Positions 1-9,582 of a stretch of 64,000 nucleotides of DNA are shown piece after piece. How positions within the stretch are numbered: position 1 is the first letter of the stretch; every line of letters starts with the position of its first letter. Position numbers and translations under genes: made by a program. Source of the DNA: Candidatus Fermentibacteraceae bacterium. Its GTDB lineage: Bacteria; Fermentibacterota; Fermentibacteria; Fermentibacterales; JCC-6. The stretch is taken from positions 300,365 through 364,364 of the forward strand of contig JBGSZS010000004.1 of NCBI GenBank assembly GCA_041750285.1, written 5' to 3'. The notes under the pieces were generated by a model. It did no database searches and was not told the DNA's origin. It saw nothing but the letters and a program-made list of their open reading frames with translations.

Positions 1-250
1 CGCACGGCATTTCAGCCGCTCGTCACATGGGTTCCCACATCCTGAGACCGGCGTGGCTTGTGCCGGTGGAAGCGAAAGCAAATGCATGATAGGCGAATCA
101 TGCGTTTTATGCAACTGTCAGTTTCATGCACATAACATCCTCAGCAGGCACTCTTTCGATGACACCAGGTCATCAGTTGTCTCATACGGGGTATCGTGTT
201 GGATCTGACGGCAACACTCTCCACACATCATGTACATGCTTTCCGCTGTT

Positions 251-655
251 TTATGGGGTTCCGTGAAGAACGATCGGCAGACACCCCGCGAATTGATGGA
301 AATCCCCGTCCGTAGTGAAGATGGCAAGGTCTTGCCGCACGGCGACGGCGCAGATCAGGAAATCCGTGTTTGAGCCCTGGATTCCCGGTGAACGGCAGAG
401 ATTTACGTAGTTCGCTGCCGTCACGTAATCCTCTGTAAGCAGGGGCAGATCGGGGAAGGCTGCCAGATCGGCCTCGAGTCGTTCAAACTGCGACTGATCC
501 CGTACTCCCGAGAGAATCTCCTGTCTGATCGGCCCGATGATCTCGACAAAGTGGGCATCGATCAGGCGACGGAGCTCATCCACTTCCGCATTCAGAGAAG
601 TGTCGCCGCGTCTCAACGCCAGAGACCAGACGCTCGTATCGACCAGAACCCTCAC
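251..655 (-). CDS. vapC: PIN-domain ribonuclease toxin (VapC family)
   Basis: VLVDTSVW N-terminus plus acidic PIN residues (QEILSG, TDFLICA, TTDGDF); overlaps the upstream antitoxin by 4 nt. Confidence 0.92.
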   Translation of the reverse strand: MRVLVDTSVWSLALRRGDTSLNAEVDELRRLIDAHFVEIIGPIRQEILSGVRDQSQFERLEADLAAFPDLPLLTEDYVTAANYVNLCRSPGIQGSNTDFLICAVAVRQDLAIFTTDGDFHQFAGCLPIVLHGTP

Positions 656-852
656 TTCCGGGCCCGCTGCTTCTTGTAGTCGTATTCCGGCTGGAAATCG
701 ATTTTCCCGAAAAGCGACAGGACACGCCCCTGACGCAAGTGACGGACGTATTCCTCAAGAGCCTCGGTTACGGCTTCCCGCTTTGTGCGGTGGTTGCCCA
801 GGGCAACCGCCTCTTTGATCAGTCTATCATCAAGCTCCAGATTTGTGGCCAT
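652..852 (-). CDS. vapB: VapB-family antitoxin
   Basis: MATNLELDDRLIKEA...TKREAVTEALEEYVR pattern; GGAGGT RBS before ATG 852; coupled to the PIN gene. Confidence 0.88.
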   Translation of the reverse strand: MATNLELDDRLIKEAVALGNHRTKREAVTEALEEYVRHLRQGRVLSLFGKIDFQPEYDYKKQRARK

Positions 853-861
853 GGCTATCAC

Positions 862-897
862 CTCCACACACAATATCACACATCGGATTGTGTGGAG
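862..897. promoter_or_regulatory. Inverted repeat upstream of vapB, candidate autoregulatory operator
   Basis: ctccacaca (862-870) / tgtgtggag (889-897), overlapping the vapB RBS. Confidence 0.5.
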
Positions 898-975
898 TCA
901 ATTGCTTCTCTCTTCAAAACGGCTGAGCTTTCCCCCTCGAGCATCAATGAGGTGCGAGCATGATACGGCACCTTG

Positions 976-1425
976 TCAGGCGTTCCCGGCTTTCCTGATC
1001 CGCGGGTGCTCTTCCCGGTAGAGCTTAAGCGCCGCAGGACTGGCAACAGGGACAAGTCGGCCACCGAATCGCCAGCGATGCGCAAACGTGTCGGATGGCC
1101 ATTCGAAGATGACACTGTCGAAGAAGTTCGTGCAGAGCGCGTCTGGATCAACTAGAAAGACCTCGATCCGAACACCGTTCCTTTCAAATGCCCTTTTGTG
1201 TGAGAACCGCTTCTGCGGTATCACCGCATAGCGGTCGTCCGGGGCCAGCAAACCCTCGAGCGCAGCGAAGTCACGGGCTGCAAGCAGCAGGTCCACATCC
1301 GAATGGGTTTTCGGGGGGATGAGACCGAGGATCTCCTCCGCCCATCCTCCGAACACCACTACCGGCAATGACACAAGGTCATCCAACACGGAGAGGAGGA
1401 AACCAATGTTGTTTTCTTCCTTCAT
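976..1425 (-). CDS. Nucleotidyltransferase, ANT(2'')/lincosamide nucleotidyltransferase-like
   Basis: VVFGGWAEE...HSDVDLL...IEVF motif (GGWA, DxD); start codon uncertain. Confidence 0.65.
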   Translation of the reverse strand: MKEENNIGFLLSVLDDLVSLPVVVFGGWAEEILGLIPPKTHSDVDLLLAARDFAALEGLLAPDDRYAVIPQKRFSHKRAFERNGVRIEVFLVDPDALCTNFFDSVIFEWPSDTFAHRWRFGGRLVPVASPAALKLYREEHPRIRKAGNA

Positions 1426-1582
1426 CGTCCCAATCCGAATCGGTTTCCGTGCCGCTGCATCCATCAGCCGTCGAGCTGCACCGCCCGAAGGGAGGGAGGG
1501 GAATCCGGCGTGTCGGGGAAGATACGACAACAGCCTGAACCGGGAACAGGTTGCTCCGGTCTGTCCCCGAAAAATGGATGGC

Positions 1583-2860
1583 TCAGTGGGCAGCCGGGGC
1601 GAGGGCCTTCCTTCTCTTCGCGCTGTGGCGGATGAACAGGATTCCCGCAGCCAGGAAGAACCCGGCGGACATCGCGAAGTTGGCCGTGTAGCTCGCGATC
1701 TGCATCACGGCGCTTCCCAGGACGGGGGCCACGAACCCCCTCAGCGAGGTGGCGGTCACATGAAAGCCCTGGTAGGTGGCCGCCTTGCCTTCCGGGGCGA
1801 AGTGCATGCTGCTCATGTTCCAGGAGACCTGGACACCGGCCATTCCCGCGGCATAGAAAAGCCATGCGCTGTAGAAGAGCACGACGCCCTGCGCCGGAAA
1901 CAGGCTCGACGCCACCAGGAGCAGAGGGTAACCCGCCAGTATCAGGCACATGTGCCCCGTGAACCGGAACGGCCTTATCCTCTCGAGTCCGGCACCCAGG
2001 AGAGGGCCGAGGAAAACGAGCCCGATCTGTCCCAGAACCCCCTTGGCGGTGGCGTACTGCTCGTACGAAAGGTGAAGGACGTCACGGGCGAAGAACGGTA
2101 TGGCGGGCTGTATCCCCATGAAACCGAACCCGTAGAGCATGAAGAAGCTCTCGAACAGCACGAACTCGCGGTCCGCCTTGAAGATGGTCTTCAGCCCCTT
2201 CAGCATCTCCCTGATGGATGCCGACTGCTCTGGTCCGGTGTTCTTGAGCCCCCTCACCATGAAGGCCATGAAGAGGGCCTGCCCGGCTCCGAAGATCCCC
2301 TCGGCGAGGAAGAGCCAGCGGTAGAACGAGAAGTCGGCGTCAAGAAGCGCCCCCGCGAGGATGCTTGCCGGAAGGCTTATCAGGTTGAACAGGCTCATGC
2401 CCCAGCCGAAGAGGACTCCCCTGTTGCCGGTCCGGTACCGGTGCCTGAACGCGGCGTTCATGCCGGGGATCACGACGCTGTTGGAGCCGAAGAAGAGAAG
2501 CAGCAGAAGCAGCATGGTGTTCACGCTGGATGAGAAGAGCATGAAGGCCACTGAGAGCCTCATCGCCGTTCCGACGAGCATCGCCCTGAAATGGCTGTTG
2601 GTGCTGTCCAGCCAGTGGCTCGCAAGAACGCTGAACAGGTTGCTGACGGGCCAGATCATTGCGAGTATCGTGATCTGCGTGACCGAAGCGCCCAGGCCGT
2701 TGCCGGCAATGTAGTCGTGGTTCAGCACCACGCCCGAGGCTACGGCCCCGAGAGCCTGGCTTGCCATGTGAAGCCTGAAGGCACGCTTCTCGCCTGGAAC
2801 CAGCGATACCTTCAGCATTCTGACCAGGCGGGACCCGAAGCCCTGGAGCTCGGGGAACAT
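1583..2860 (-). CDS. MFS transporter
   Basis: 425 aa with about 12 hydrophobic segments in two halves. Confidence 0.8.
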   Translation of the reverse strand: MFPELQGFGSRLVRMLKVSLVPGEKRAFRLHMASQALGAVASGVVLNHDYIAGNGLGASVTQITILAMIWPVSNLFSVLASHWLDSTNSHFRAMLVGTAMRLSVAFMLFSSSVNTMLLLLLLFFGSNSVVIPGMNAAFRHRYRTGNRGVLFGWGMSLFNLISLPASILAGALLDADFSFYRWLFLAEGIFGAGQALFMAFMVRGLKNTGPEQSASIREMLKGLKTIFKADREFVLFESFFMLYGFGFMGIQPAIPFFARDVLHLSYEQYATAKGVLGQIGLVFLGPLLGAGLERIRPFRFTGHMCLILAGYPLLLVASSLFPAQGVVLFYSAWLFYAAGMAGVQVSWNMSSMHFAPEGKAATYQGFHVTATSLRGFVAPVLGSAVMQIASYTANFAMSAGFFLAAGILFIRHSAKRRKALAPAAH

Positions 2861-2863
2861 GCC

Positions 2864-3478
2864 CTATTCCTCCTTCAGGATTCCCGCTTTCCTGAGGTGT
2901 TTCATGACTTTCTCCACGGATTCCTCAGGGGTCTCGAGGTGGGTGTGCAGCACCAGCTCGGGGTTGACCGGCTCTTCGTAGGGCGCGTCGATCCCGGTGA
3001 ACTCCCTTATCAGACCGAGCCTGGCCTTTTTGTAGAGCCCCTTGGGATCGCGTTCCTCCGCCACCGAAAGCGGTGCGTGGACGAAGACCTCTATGAAATC
3101 CCCCTTGCCCTGGATGTTCCTCGCCCTGTCCCTGTCGGAGGAGTACGGGCTTATGAAGGCCACCATGTTTATAATGCCGAAACTCGTGAGAAGCTTTGCA
3201 ACCTCGGCGATCCTCCGGATGTTCTCGGTTCGTGCCTCGGGGCTGAAGCCCAGGTCGCAGTTGAGCCCGTGGCGGATGTTGTCGCCGTCGAGAACCGCTG
3301 TGTGAACTCCGTCCGTGTGCAGTCTTGCAGCGAGAAGGTCGGCCACCGTTGACTTGCCGCTTCCCGAGAGACCGGTGAGCCAGACGGTAGCGCCTTTGTG
3401 CCGGTTGAGGGCTTCCCGCTCGGGTCTGCCTATGGTCAGTTCCCTCCAGGTGACGTTGTGGTCGGGACAATCCTTCAC
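2864..3478 (-). CDS. cysC: Adenylyl-sulfate kinase
   Basis: WLTGLSGSGKST, LDGDNIRHGL, RDPKGLYKKAR, FTGIDAPYE; GTG start overlaps the upstream stop. Confidence 0.95.
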   Translation of the reverse strand: MKDCPDHNVTWRELTIGRPEREALNRHKGATVWLTGLSGSGKSTVADLLAARLHTDGVHTAVLDGDNIRHGLNCDLGFSPEARTENIRRIAEVAKLLTSFGIINMVAFISPYSSDRDRARNIQGKGDFIEVFVHAPLSVAEERDPKGLYKKARLGLIREFTGIDAPYEEPVNPELVLHTHLETPEESVEKVMKHLRKAGILKEE

Positions 3479-4776
3479 TTCGCTCCGCCTTCCCGCTCGA
3501 GACCTTCCACGGCCTGCTCGAGTTTGCCCGTGTCGACGGCCCTGCCGGCCCTTGACGATGAAAGCGCCTTCAGAAGAGCCTCGAGGGGCATGAAGCCCGA
3601 CCTCTTCACGAAGTGCGCGGCGCAAAGGAGCGAAGCGCTCCTTGCGCCAAGGGGCGCCCGGTAGTCCCTTGTGATCTGCTCCGCCCCGGACGCGGGCACA
3701 TTCAGTGCCGAATCGATGAATATCATGCCGGCTCCCATCTTCTCGAGCCGTGCGAGGGCCTTCTCACGCCCTTCGACCGAGGTCACCAGCGCGGCGTCGA
3801 TGCCGGTGATGCCGGTGTAGTGAATCTCTTCGGTGGAGATGATGACCTCGGCAAGCGAGAAGCCCACTCCGACGGTCACGGGGTAGCTGCCCTTCTTGGT
3901 CACGTAAAGCCCGCAGGAGATCGCAGCCTGCGCAAGGAGTTCGGCAGTGGACTGCACCCCCTCGCCGGCCGACCCCGCCAGGATGATCGAAACCTTCCCG
4001 GAGAGTTCGTGGCCAAACTCGACCGCGGGGACGGGGACATCATTCAGAAGGCTCTCGGTGTTGCCCCTCAACGTGGGGTGGAAGGGTTCGGCGGACTCGT
4101 TTCGCAGCAGTACGGGGGCGAGCCCCGATCCCTCGGTGATCTCTGCCAGCTTGCGGCCGGGGTTGAACTTGACGCCGTAGCTGGGACAGAGCTCGACGGC
4201 CTCGATGAGGGAAAAACCCCTGACCCTGAGAGCCTCTTCGAGAACGTCTGTCAGATCACCCGCTGCGATGATCCTGCGGGCGTAGGAAGCACCTATTCCG
4301 TGGACCATCTTCACGAGGTCCATGCCGCTGTCGGGTCTGCCTTCGGGCATCGTTGATGTCTTGAAACCGCAGGGGGTCAGACCCGAGGGCTGCCCTCCCG
4401 TCATCCCGTAGAGCATGTTGTTGTGAACGATCACCGTCATGTCGATGTTGCGGTGGGCTGCCTCGATGATGTGGTGAAGCCCGATGGTGGCGCCGCCGTC
4501 GCCCAGGAGCACCAGTATCTTCTTTTCCGGGTTCGAGAGCCCCATGGATATGCCGGTTGCGAGCGCCACCGACCTTCCGTGGAGGCCGTGCACCGTGTGT
4601 GCGTTGAACTGTTTGTCGATTATGCCAATGCAGCCGATGTCGGTGACCACCACGAGATCAAGCGGCGTCAGGTGATCAAGCCTTTGAAGGGCCTTCTCGA
4701 TGCTCCTCGCCAGAAGCCCGTGGCCGCAGCCCGAGCAGAACGGGAGGTTCTCGGTGGAAAGGAAGCCCTGGCTCAT
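3475..4776 (-). CDS. 2-oxoacid:ferredoxin oxidoreductase, fused beta (TPP-binding) and gamma subunits
   Basis: FCSGCGH, DIGC, GDGG...NNMLYGMTGGQ, then gamma-type AGSAGEGVQ. Confidence 0.92.
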   Translation of the reverse strand: MSQGFLSTENLPFCSGCGHGLLARSIEKALQRLDHLTPLDLVVVTDIGCIGIIDKQFNAHTVHGLHGRSVALATGISMGLSNPEKKILVLLGDGGATIGLHHIIEAAHRNIDMTVIVHNNMLYGMTGGQPSGLTPCGFKTSTMPEGRPDSGMDLVKMVHGIGASYARRIIAAGDLTDVLEEALRVRGFSLIEAVELCPSYGVKFNPGRKLAEITEGSGLAPVLLRNESAEPFHPTLRGNTESLLNDVPVPAVEFGHELSGKVSIILAGSAGEGVQSTAELLAQAAISCGLYVTKKGSYPVTVGVGFSLAEVIISTEEIHYTGITGIDAALVTSVEGREKALARLEKMGAGMIFIDSALNVPASGAEQITRDYRAPLGARSASLLCAAHFVKRSGFMPLEALLKALSSSRAGRAVDTGKLEQAVEGLEREGGAK

Positions 4777-5879
4777 TTTTCCACCTCCGCTTCTATCTCG
4801 GTCGGCGATATGAGCCTTCCGATGCCGTTCACGCCTGACACGCCCTTCCTTCCGTTCTTCCCGAAGAGTATCTCCCTGTACTGGCCGCCCTGGTTCTCCT
4901 CGGCGATTATCACCCGGGAGTAGCCTTCCATGATCTTCAGGTAATCCGGCGGGACCGGGAACAAAGTCTTCGCGATAATTAGCGAGACGGGCTTCCCCTT
5001 CTTCGCAAGCGACGCCGCCGCCTCACGGGCGGCTGCGGCGGTGATGCCGAACGAGAAGATCAGTGTGTCCGGGTTGCGCTTGTCGTACTCGTATCGGGTG
5101 TACTCGTGAAGGTTGTGTTCCGTCTTGAAACGCAGCCTCCTGGTATTCTCCAGGGCCCCGGGGGTCGAGTGCTGGAGGCTGGCGTTACTCTCGTGGGTGC
5201 TTGCGGTGAGCCTGACCTGGTGTTCGATCCCCCCCACCGGAAGGAACGGCGGCACACCGTCCGGACCGGCAGCGTAGGGCAGGTACGGTTCCGGGCCGCT
5301 GTAGTACTCGCGCTTAACCCTCTCCACCGGGCTGACCCGGGAGAGGTCGTAGCTCTGAAGGGTCATCACCATCTCCTTGGAGGAGAGAAGGAAGACGGGA
5401 CACCGGAGCCTGAGGGCGAGCTTCACTGCCTCGGCTGAGAGGTTGTAGCAGTCGTCGAGGTCGGAGGGGCACAGCGTGGGCACGGGCTGCCCGCCGGAGT
5501 TGATGCCGTGAAGCAGCGACAGGTCACCCTGGGCGCCGCAGGTGGCGGTTCCGGTGGCGGGGCCAAGCCTTTGAACCAGCATGATGACCATGGGAAGCTC
5601 CATCATGAAGGCCATCCCGATCGATTCGATCATCAGTGCCAGGCCGGGGTAGGAAGTGGCGGTGACCGGGAACCGGCCGGCGGCCGAGAACCCGCTCATC
5701 CACTGAAGCGTGGTGATCTCGTCAGGCGCCGGAAGGACAATGGGGAAACGCCTGCTGGAGTAGGCGTAGAGAAGGTTCGCCGGGGTTATGGGGTACCCCA
5801 CGAACACCTCGGCGCCGGCCTGCACCGCCGCTTCGATCATGAGCCTGGAGCCGTCTATGAAGGCCGTCTGCTTCCCCAT
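4773..5879 (-). CDS. 2-oxoacid:ferredoxin oxidoreductase alpha subunit
   Basis: GYPITP, DEI, TATSYPG, QRLGPATG...QGD, EENQGGQY. Confidence 0.92.
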   Translation of the reverse strand: MGKQTAFIDGSRLMIEAAVQAGAEVFVGYPITPANLLYAYSSRRFPIVLPAPDEITTLQWMSGFSAAGRFPVTATSYPGLALMIESIGMAFMMELPMVIMLVQRLGPATGTATCGAQGDLSLLHGINSGGQPVPTLCPSDLDDCYNLSAEAVKLALRLRCPVFLLSSKEMVMTLQSYDLSRVSPVERVKREYYSGPEPYLPYAAGPDGVPPFLPVGGIEHQVRLTASTHESNASLQHSTPGALENTRRLRFKTEHNLHEYTRYEYDKRNPDTLIFSFGITAAAAREAAASLAKKGKPVSLIIAKTLFPVPPDYLKIMEGYSRVIIAEENQGGQYREILFGKNGRKGVSGVNGIGRLISPTEIEAEVEK

Positions 5880-5880
5880 G

Positions 5881-7305
5881 TCACGCCTTCCTCCTGAACA
5901 GCCTGTCACCCAGCGAGGAGAGAAGGATGACGACAAGCGTGGTGATCACGGCGCCGTAGGTCTTGTCCATCTCGAACCATCCCCGCTGCTGGGCGAGCAT
6001 CGTGAAGAAAATGGCAATCGTTCCGATGATGAACGAGAGCTTGACGCCCAGCGGGGTGACCAGCTTGCGGGAATAGAGGCCCGTTACGATCACGATGGCC
6101 CCTATGGCCCTGATGGCGTAGGAGATGTACGCAGTGTCAAGCACCGCGCCCTTGAGGAAGATGGCCATGGGAACCGTGAGGACGCTCACGAGGATGACGA
6201 GCTTCCGGGCCGTGGAGATGATCTTCGCGTCATCGGCCTTCTTGTTGATGATGCCGTGGTAGATGTCCTTAGCGGCTATCGTCACCACGGCGAAGTTCAC
6301 CGGGCCAACCGTGGAGAGGATGGCAGCAAGGACACCCGCCAGGGCCAACCCGCCAAGCACGGGGTGGATGAAGGCGGGGGTCTGAAGAAGGGTGGGAAGC
6401 GCAGTCTTGGCAGTCACTTCAACACCCTCGGGGATGAAAAGCCCGGTCCGGGCGTAAAGGCCCAGGAATGCAGTCATCACGCCGAATGGCGCAACGATGA
6501 GACCCGCGAGCATGGAAGCCTTCCGTGCCGTCTTGACGTCCTTGGCGGCGAACACGGGCTGTATGCTTGCCTGGGCAGCCATGCCGCCCAGAAGCCCGCC
6601 CACCAGAAGCGCTACTGCGGCGTTGGTGCCGGCGCTGAAGGGGTTGTAAAGGTTGTGGGGGGCGCCGAGGGAGATCAGCGTATCGGAGAGCCCCGAGAAG
6701 CCCCCGACCTTGCCCAGTCCGATGAAGAAGGCTATCCCGAGCCCCACGAACATCGTGACCAGGTACAGGATGCCGGTTATGGCGAGTGCGTGCATGCCGC
6801 CCATGTAGGTGTAGATCATGATAAGGCCCGCCGAGATCACCACGGCCCAGTTCCAGCTGACCCCGAAAAGGGGCGCCATGACACTGGCGCAGGTCTGGAG
6901 CTGAACGTAGGCGAGGGTGATGTAGGCGATGAGGAAGGCCACTGCGCTGATCGAGCGCGCCTGGCTTCCGAAGAGGGTCTCGATCATCTCGCTGACGGTG
7001 TGGACGTCCTTCCGGCGGTAGTGGGCCGCCACGGTGAACCCTATAACCACCATGCCTATGGCCGTTGAGATGTTGTAGAAGATGGGCTGCAGTGAAAGGG
7101 TGTTGAACGCCCTCTCGCTGACGCCGATGGTGCTCATCCCCCCAAGCCATTCGGCAGCCACCACCACGGCGCAGACCATGGTGCCGAGGTTCCTTCCCGC
7201 AACCAGGTAATCGCTTGCGGACTTGCTGGCAACCTTCCGGGTGAGAAGGCCCATGCCCACCACCAGGACGAAATAGCCAAGGATGATCATGGCATAGATG
7301 TTCAT
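5881..7305 (-). CDS. Sodium:solute symporter (SSS family)
   Basis: DYLVAGRNLG, IYTYMGGMHA, AAILST motifs; about 13 TM segments. Confidence 0.92.
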   Translation of the reverse strand: MNIYAMIILGYFVLVVGMGLLTRKVASKSASDYLVAGRNLGTMVCAVVVAAEWLGGMSTIGVSERAFNTLSLQPIFYNISTAIGMVVIGFTVAAHYRRKDVHTVSEMIETLFGSQARSISAVAFLIAYITLAYVQLQTCASVMAPLFGVSWNWAVVISAGLIMIYTYMGGMHALAITGILYLVTMFVGLGIAFFIGLGKVGGFSGLSDTLISLGAPHNLYNPFSAGTNAAVALLVGGLLGGMAAQASIQPVFAAKDVKTARKASMLAGLIVAPFGVMTAFLGLYARTGLFIPEGVEVTAKTALPTLLQTPAFIHPVLGGLALAGVLAAILSTVGPVNFAVVTIAAKDIYHGIINKKADDAKIISTARKLVILVSVLTVPMAIFLKGAVLDTAYISYAIRAIGAIVIVTGLYSRKLVTPLGVKLSFIIGTIAIFFTMLAQQRGWFEMDKTYGAVITTLVVILLSSLGDRLFRRKA

Positions 7306-7337
7306 TTGCCCCGCCTTGCTGTGTTAAAAAACGAACA

Positions 7338-8267
7338 TTAGTTCCGTGAAAGTGTTCTTCCTTCGGCAATGGCCCTTGCCATTGCCATTGAGTTCAAGCG
7401 GTTCCTGCCGTCGTCGGAACGTGAGTTAAGAACCGCAGGAACCCTGGCCCCGAAAACCAGCCCGCCCCATGAGGCCCCGCCGTGGAACTTGTAGCTTTTG
7501 CCCAGCGAGTTGGCGGTCTCGAGGTTGGGGGCCAGAATCATGTCGGGCATCCCGCAGACGGCTGAGCCGGACATGCCCTTGGTTGCGGCGCACTCGGAGG
7601 AGATCAGGGCGTCGTAACCGAGCGGACCCTCGACCGTAAAGCCCTTGAGCTGCCCACGGAGGGACATCACCGAAAGGGCTGCGGCGTCGACCGTAGCCTG
7701 CATCTTGGGGTTCACCGTCTCGACGGCGGCCAGTGCCGCCACCAGTACGGGTTTCACACCCAGTGCGTTCCAGAGGGGTCTTGTGTTCTCGATGACCGCC
7801 GCCTTCTCGGCAAGGGTGGGAAGGATGAGGATGGCGTTGTCGGTCATGGCCAGAAGCTTGGGGTACGAGGGCATCTCGAAAAGGCTGAGATTCGAGAGGA
7901 CGGAAGAAGCCCTGATGCCGTTCTCCGAATCGAGGATGGCCTTGATGTACGCCTCGGACTTCACGCTGCCCTTCACGAGGATGAGCGCTCCGTCATCACG
8001 AACCGCCCTCACCGCGAGGGCGCTCATCTGCTGGTCGGTTGCAGCGGGGATGATCTCGTACATCGAAGGGTCGTCACCCGAGAGGGCAACGGCCTTCGAA
8101 ACGGCGTCACCGGGACCGGTGAGGAAGCACTTGCCGATGAACCCCAGTTCGTGGCCCTCACGAAGGCTTGCCATCACGCGGTCATCCGCGGCGCCGGCCA
8201 CGGCAACGGGCACCGGGGGAAGCCCCGAAACGGCGTCTATCAACTCCTGAAAGCTGCTGATGCTCAT
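7338..8267 (-). CDS. ptb: Phosphate butyryl/acyltransferase
   Basis: LVKGSV, AVETVNPKMQATVDAA, VEGPLGYD, PNLETANSLGK, SRSD; adjacent to buk. Confidence 0.88.
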   Translation of the reverse strand: MSISSFQELIDAVSGLPPVPVAVAGAADDRVMASLREGHELGFIGKCFLTGPGDAVSKAVALSGDDPSMYEIIPAATDQQMSALAVRAVRDDGALILVKGSVKSEAYIKAILDSENGIRASSVLSNLSLFEMPSYPKLLAMTDNAILILPTLAEKAAVIENTRPLWNALGVKPVLVAALAAVETVNPKMQATVDAAALSVMSLRGQLKGFTVEGPLGYDALISSECAATKGMSGSAVCGMPDMILAPNLETANSLGKSYKFHGGASWGGLVFGARVPAVLNSRSDDGRNRLNSMAMARAIAEGRTLSRN

Positions 8268-8283
8268 CTTTCCTCCAAAAGAA

Positions 8284-9450
8284 TCACCCGGTCACCGGGC
8301 TGAAGATTCCCTGCGGGTCCCTGAACGGATGAAGCGGGTCTATCTCCCGTTCGGACAGGATGCACCCCGGCCACGAGAGGGGAGCCTCGGTTCCCCGCAG
8401 CACCCTCTGGATGCTTGCGGCGATGGCCTCGTTCTCGTTCTCGCCCGGGTAAAGGTAAACGGGCGCCACCCTTCCGCACTTGCGAACGATCTCAGAGGAG
8501 AGGTGCGCGGCATTCGCCACGCCACCGGTGACCACTATCCCGTGAAGGTCGAAATCCAGCACCGAGGCCATGGCCCCTATCTCCTTCACGATCTGGTAGA
8601 TCATGGCGTCGTAGATGAACGCGGCGAAGGAATCGCCCGATTCCGCGCGGCGAACCATCTCCCTGATGTTCTTGGTTCCCAGGTAGGCGTAGACGCCGCC
8701 TGCGCCGTAGAGCTTCCTGTAGAGCTGGTCGCGGGTGTACCGCCCCGAGAAGCACGCCTCGAGCAGAGGAATGGGGGGTATGCCGCCGGCCCTCTCCGGG
8801 GTGAACGGAGCTCCCTCCATCCTGTTGTCGCTGTCGATGATCCTTCCGCCCACGACAGGGGCTATCGAATAGCCGCCGCCCAGATGGCAGGCCACGCACC
8901 TGATCTCTTCGAAATCAAGGGAAAGCTCCCTGGCCAGCTTGCGCACCGTGGCCCTGATGTTCAGGGCGTGAACGAAGGAAAACCGGGGGAAGTCGGGCGC
9001 CCCCGAGATGCGTGCGATGGGGGCCATCTCGTCAACACCCACTGGGTCGACGACGAATGACGGCACACCAAGGGTTCCGGCCAGGCGGAACGAAAGCGGT
9101 GCGCCAAGGTTGGACGCGTGCTGGTAAACCGGCGTGTGAAGGCTGAAGTCCGCAAGCTCGTCGTTAAGGGCGATGACACCGCTTGGAACCGGGGGAAGCA
9201 TGCCCCCCAGGGCGCCGACTGCCGAAACGACGGCTCCGGGTGGAAGGTTTTCGGTGAAGAAGCGCCTGACCAGCTCTTCGCGGTAGTCGACCTGAGCGCT
9301 GATGGAGCTGAACCGGTGGACCATGTCATCGGGGTGCTCGATGGTGCTGGACACCACGTGACAGGGTTCGAGGGCACCCTCATCCCGGTAGACCGAACAC
9401 TTGGTCGTGGTTGAGCCGGTGTTCATAACGAGTATCAATTCGCCGGTCAC
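8284..9450 (-). CDS. buk: Butyrate/branched-chain carboxylate kinase
   Basis: NTGSTTTK, HASNLGA, VDPVGVDE, HALN, HLGGG, PFTPERAG, YPGENE; GGAGG RBS before GTG 9450. Confidence 0.93.
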   Translation of the reverse strand: MTGELILVMNTGSTTTKCSVYRDEGALEPCHVVSSTIEHPDDMVHRFSSISAQVDYREELVRRFFTENLPPGAVVSAVGALGGMLPPVPSGVIALNDELADFSLHTPVYQHASNLGAPLSFRLAGTLGVPSFVVDPVGVDEMAPIARISGAPDFPRFSFVHALNIRATVRKLARELSLDFEEIRCVACHLGGGYSIAPVVGGRIIDSDNRMEGAPFTPERAGGIPPIPLLEACFSGRYTRDQLYRKLYGAGGVYAYLGTKNIREMVRRAESGDSFAAFIYDAMIYQIVKEIGAMASVLDFDLHGIVVTGGVANAAHLSSEIVRKCGRVAPVYLYPGENENEAIAASIQRVLRGTEAPLSWPGCILSEREIDPLHPFRDPQGIFSPVTG

Positions 9451-9582
9451 CGATACCTCCCGACACCGCCAAATGGCGAAAAAATGCTGTTGCGGCTGAA
9501 AAAGTGGAATTTTTGAATGGCGGTAATATGTTAGTTCACAGGCCGGGAAGCATTCCCGAACCGGAAATGAAAGGAAAAGGCA

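Noticed and set aside
84..150. Possible dif or attC site (gcatgat/atcatgc; catgcacataa)
   Set aside because: No XerD arm follows the XerC-like half, there is no convincing RYYYAAC...GTTRRRY pairing, and no integrase is in the window.
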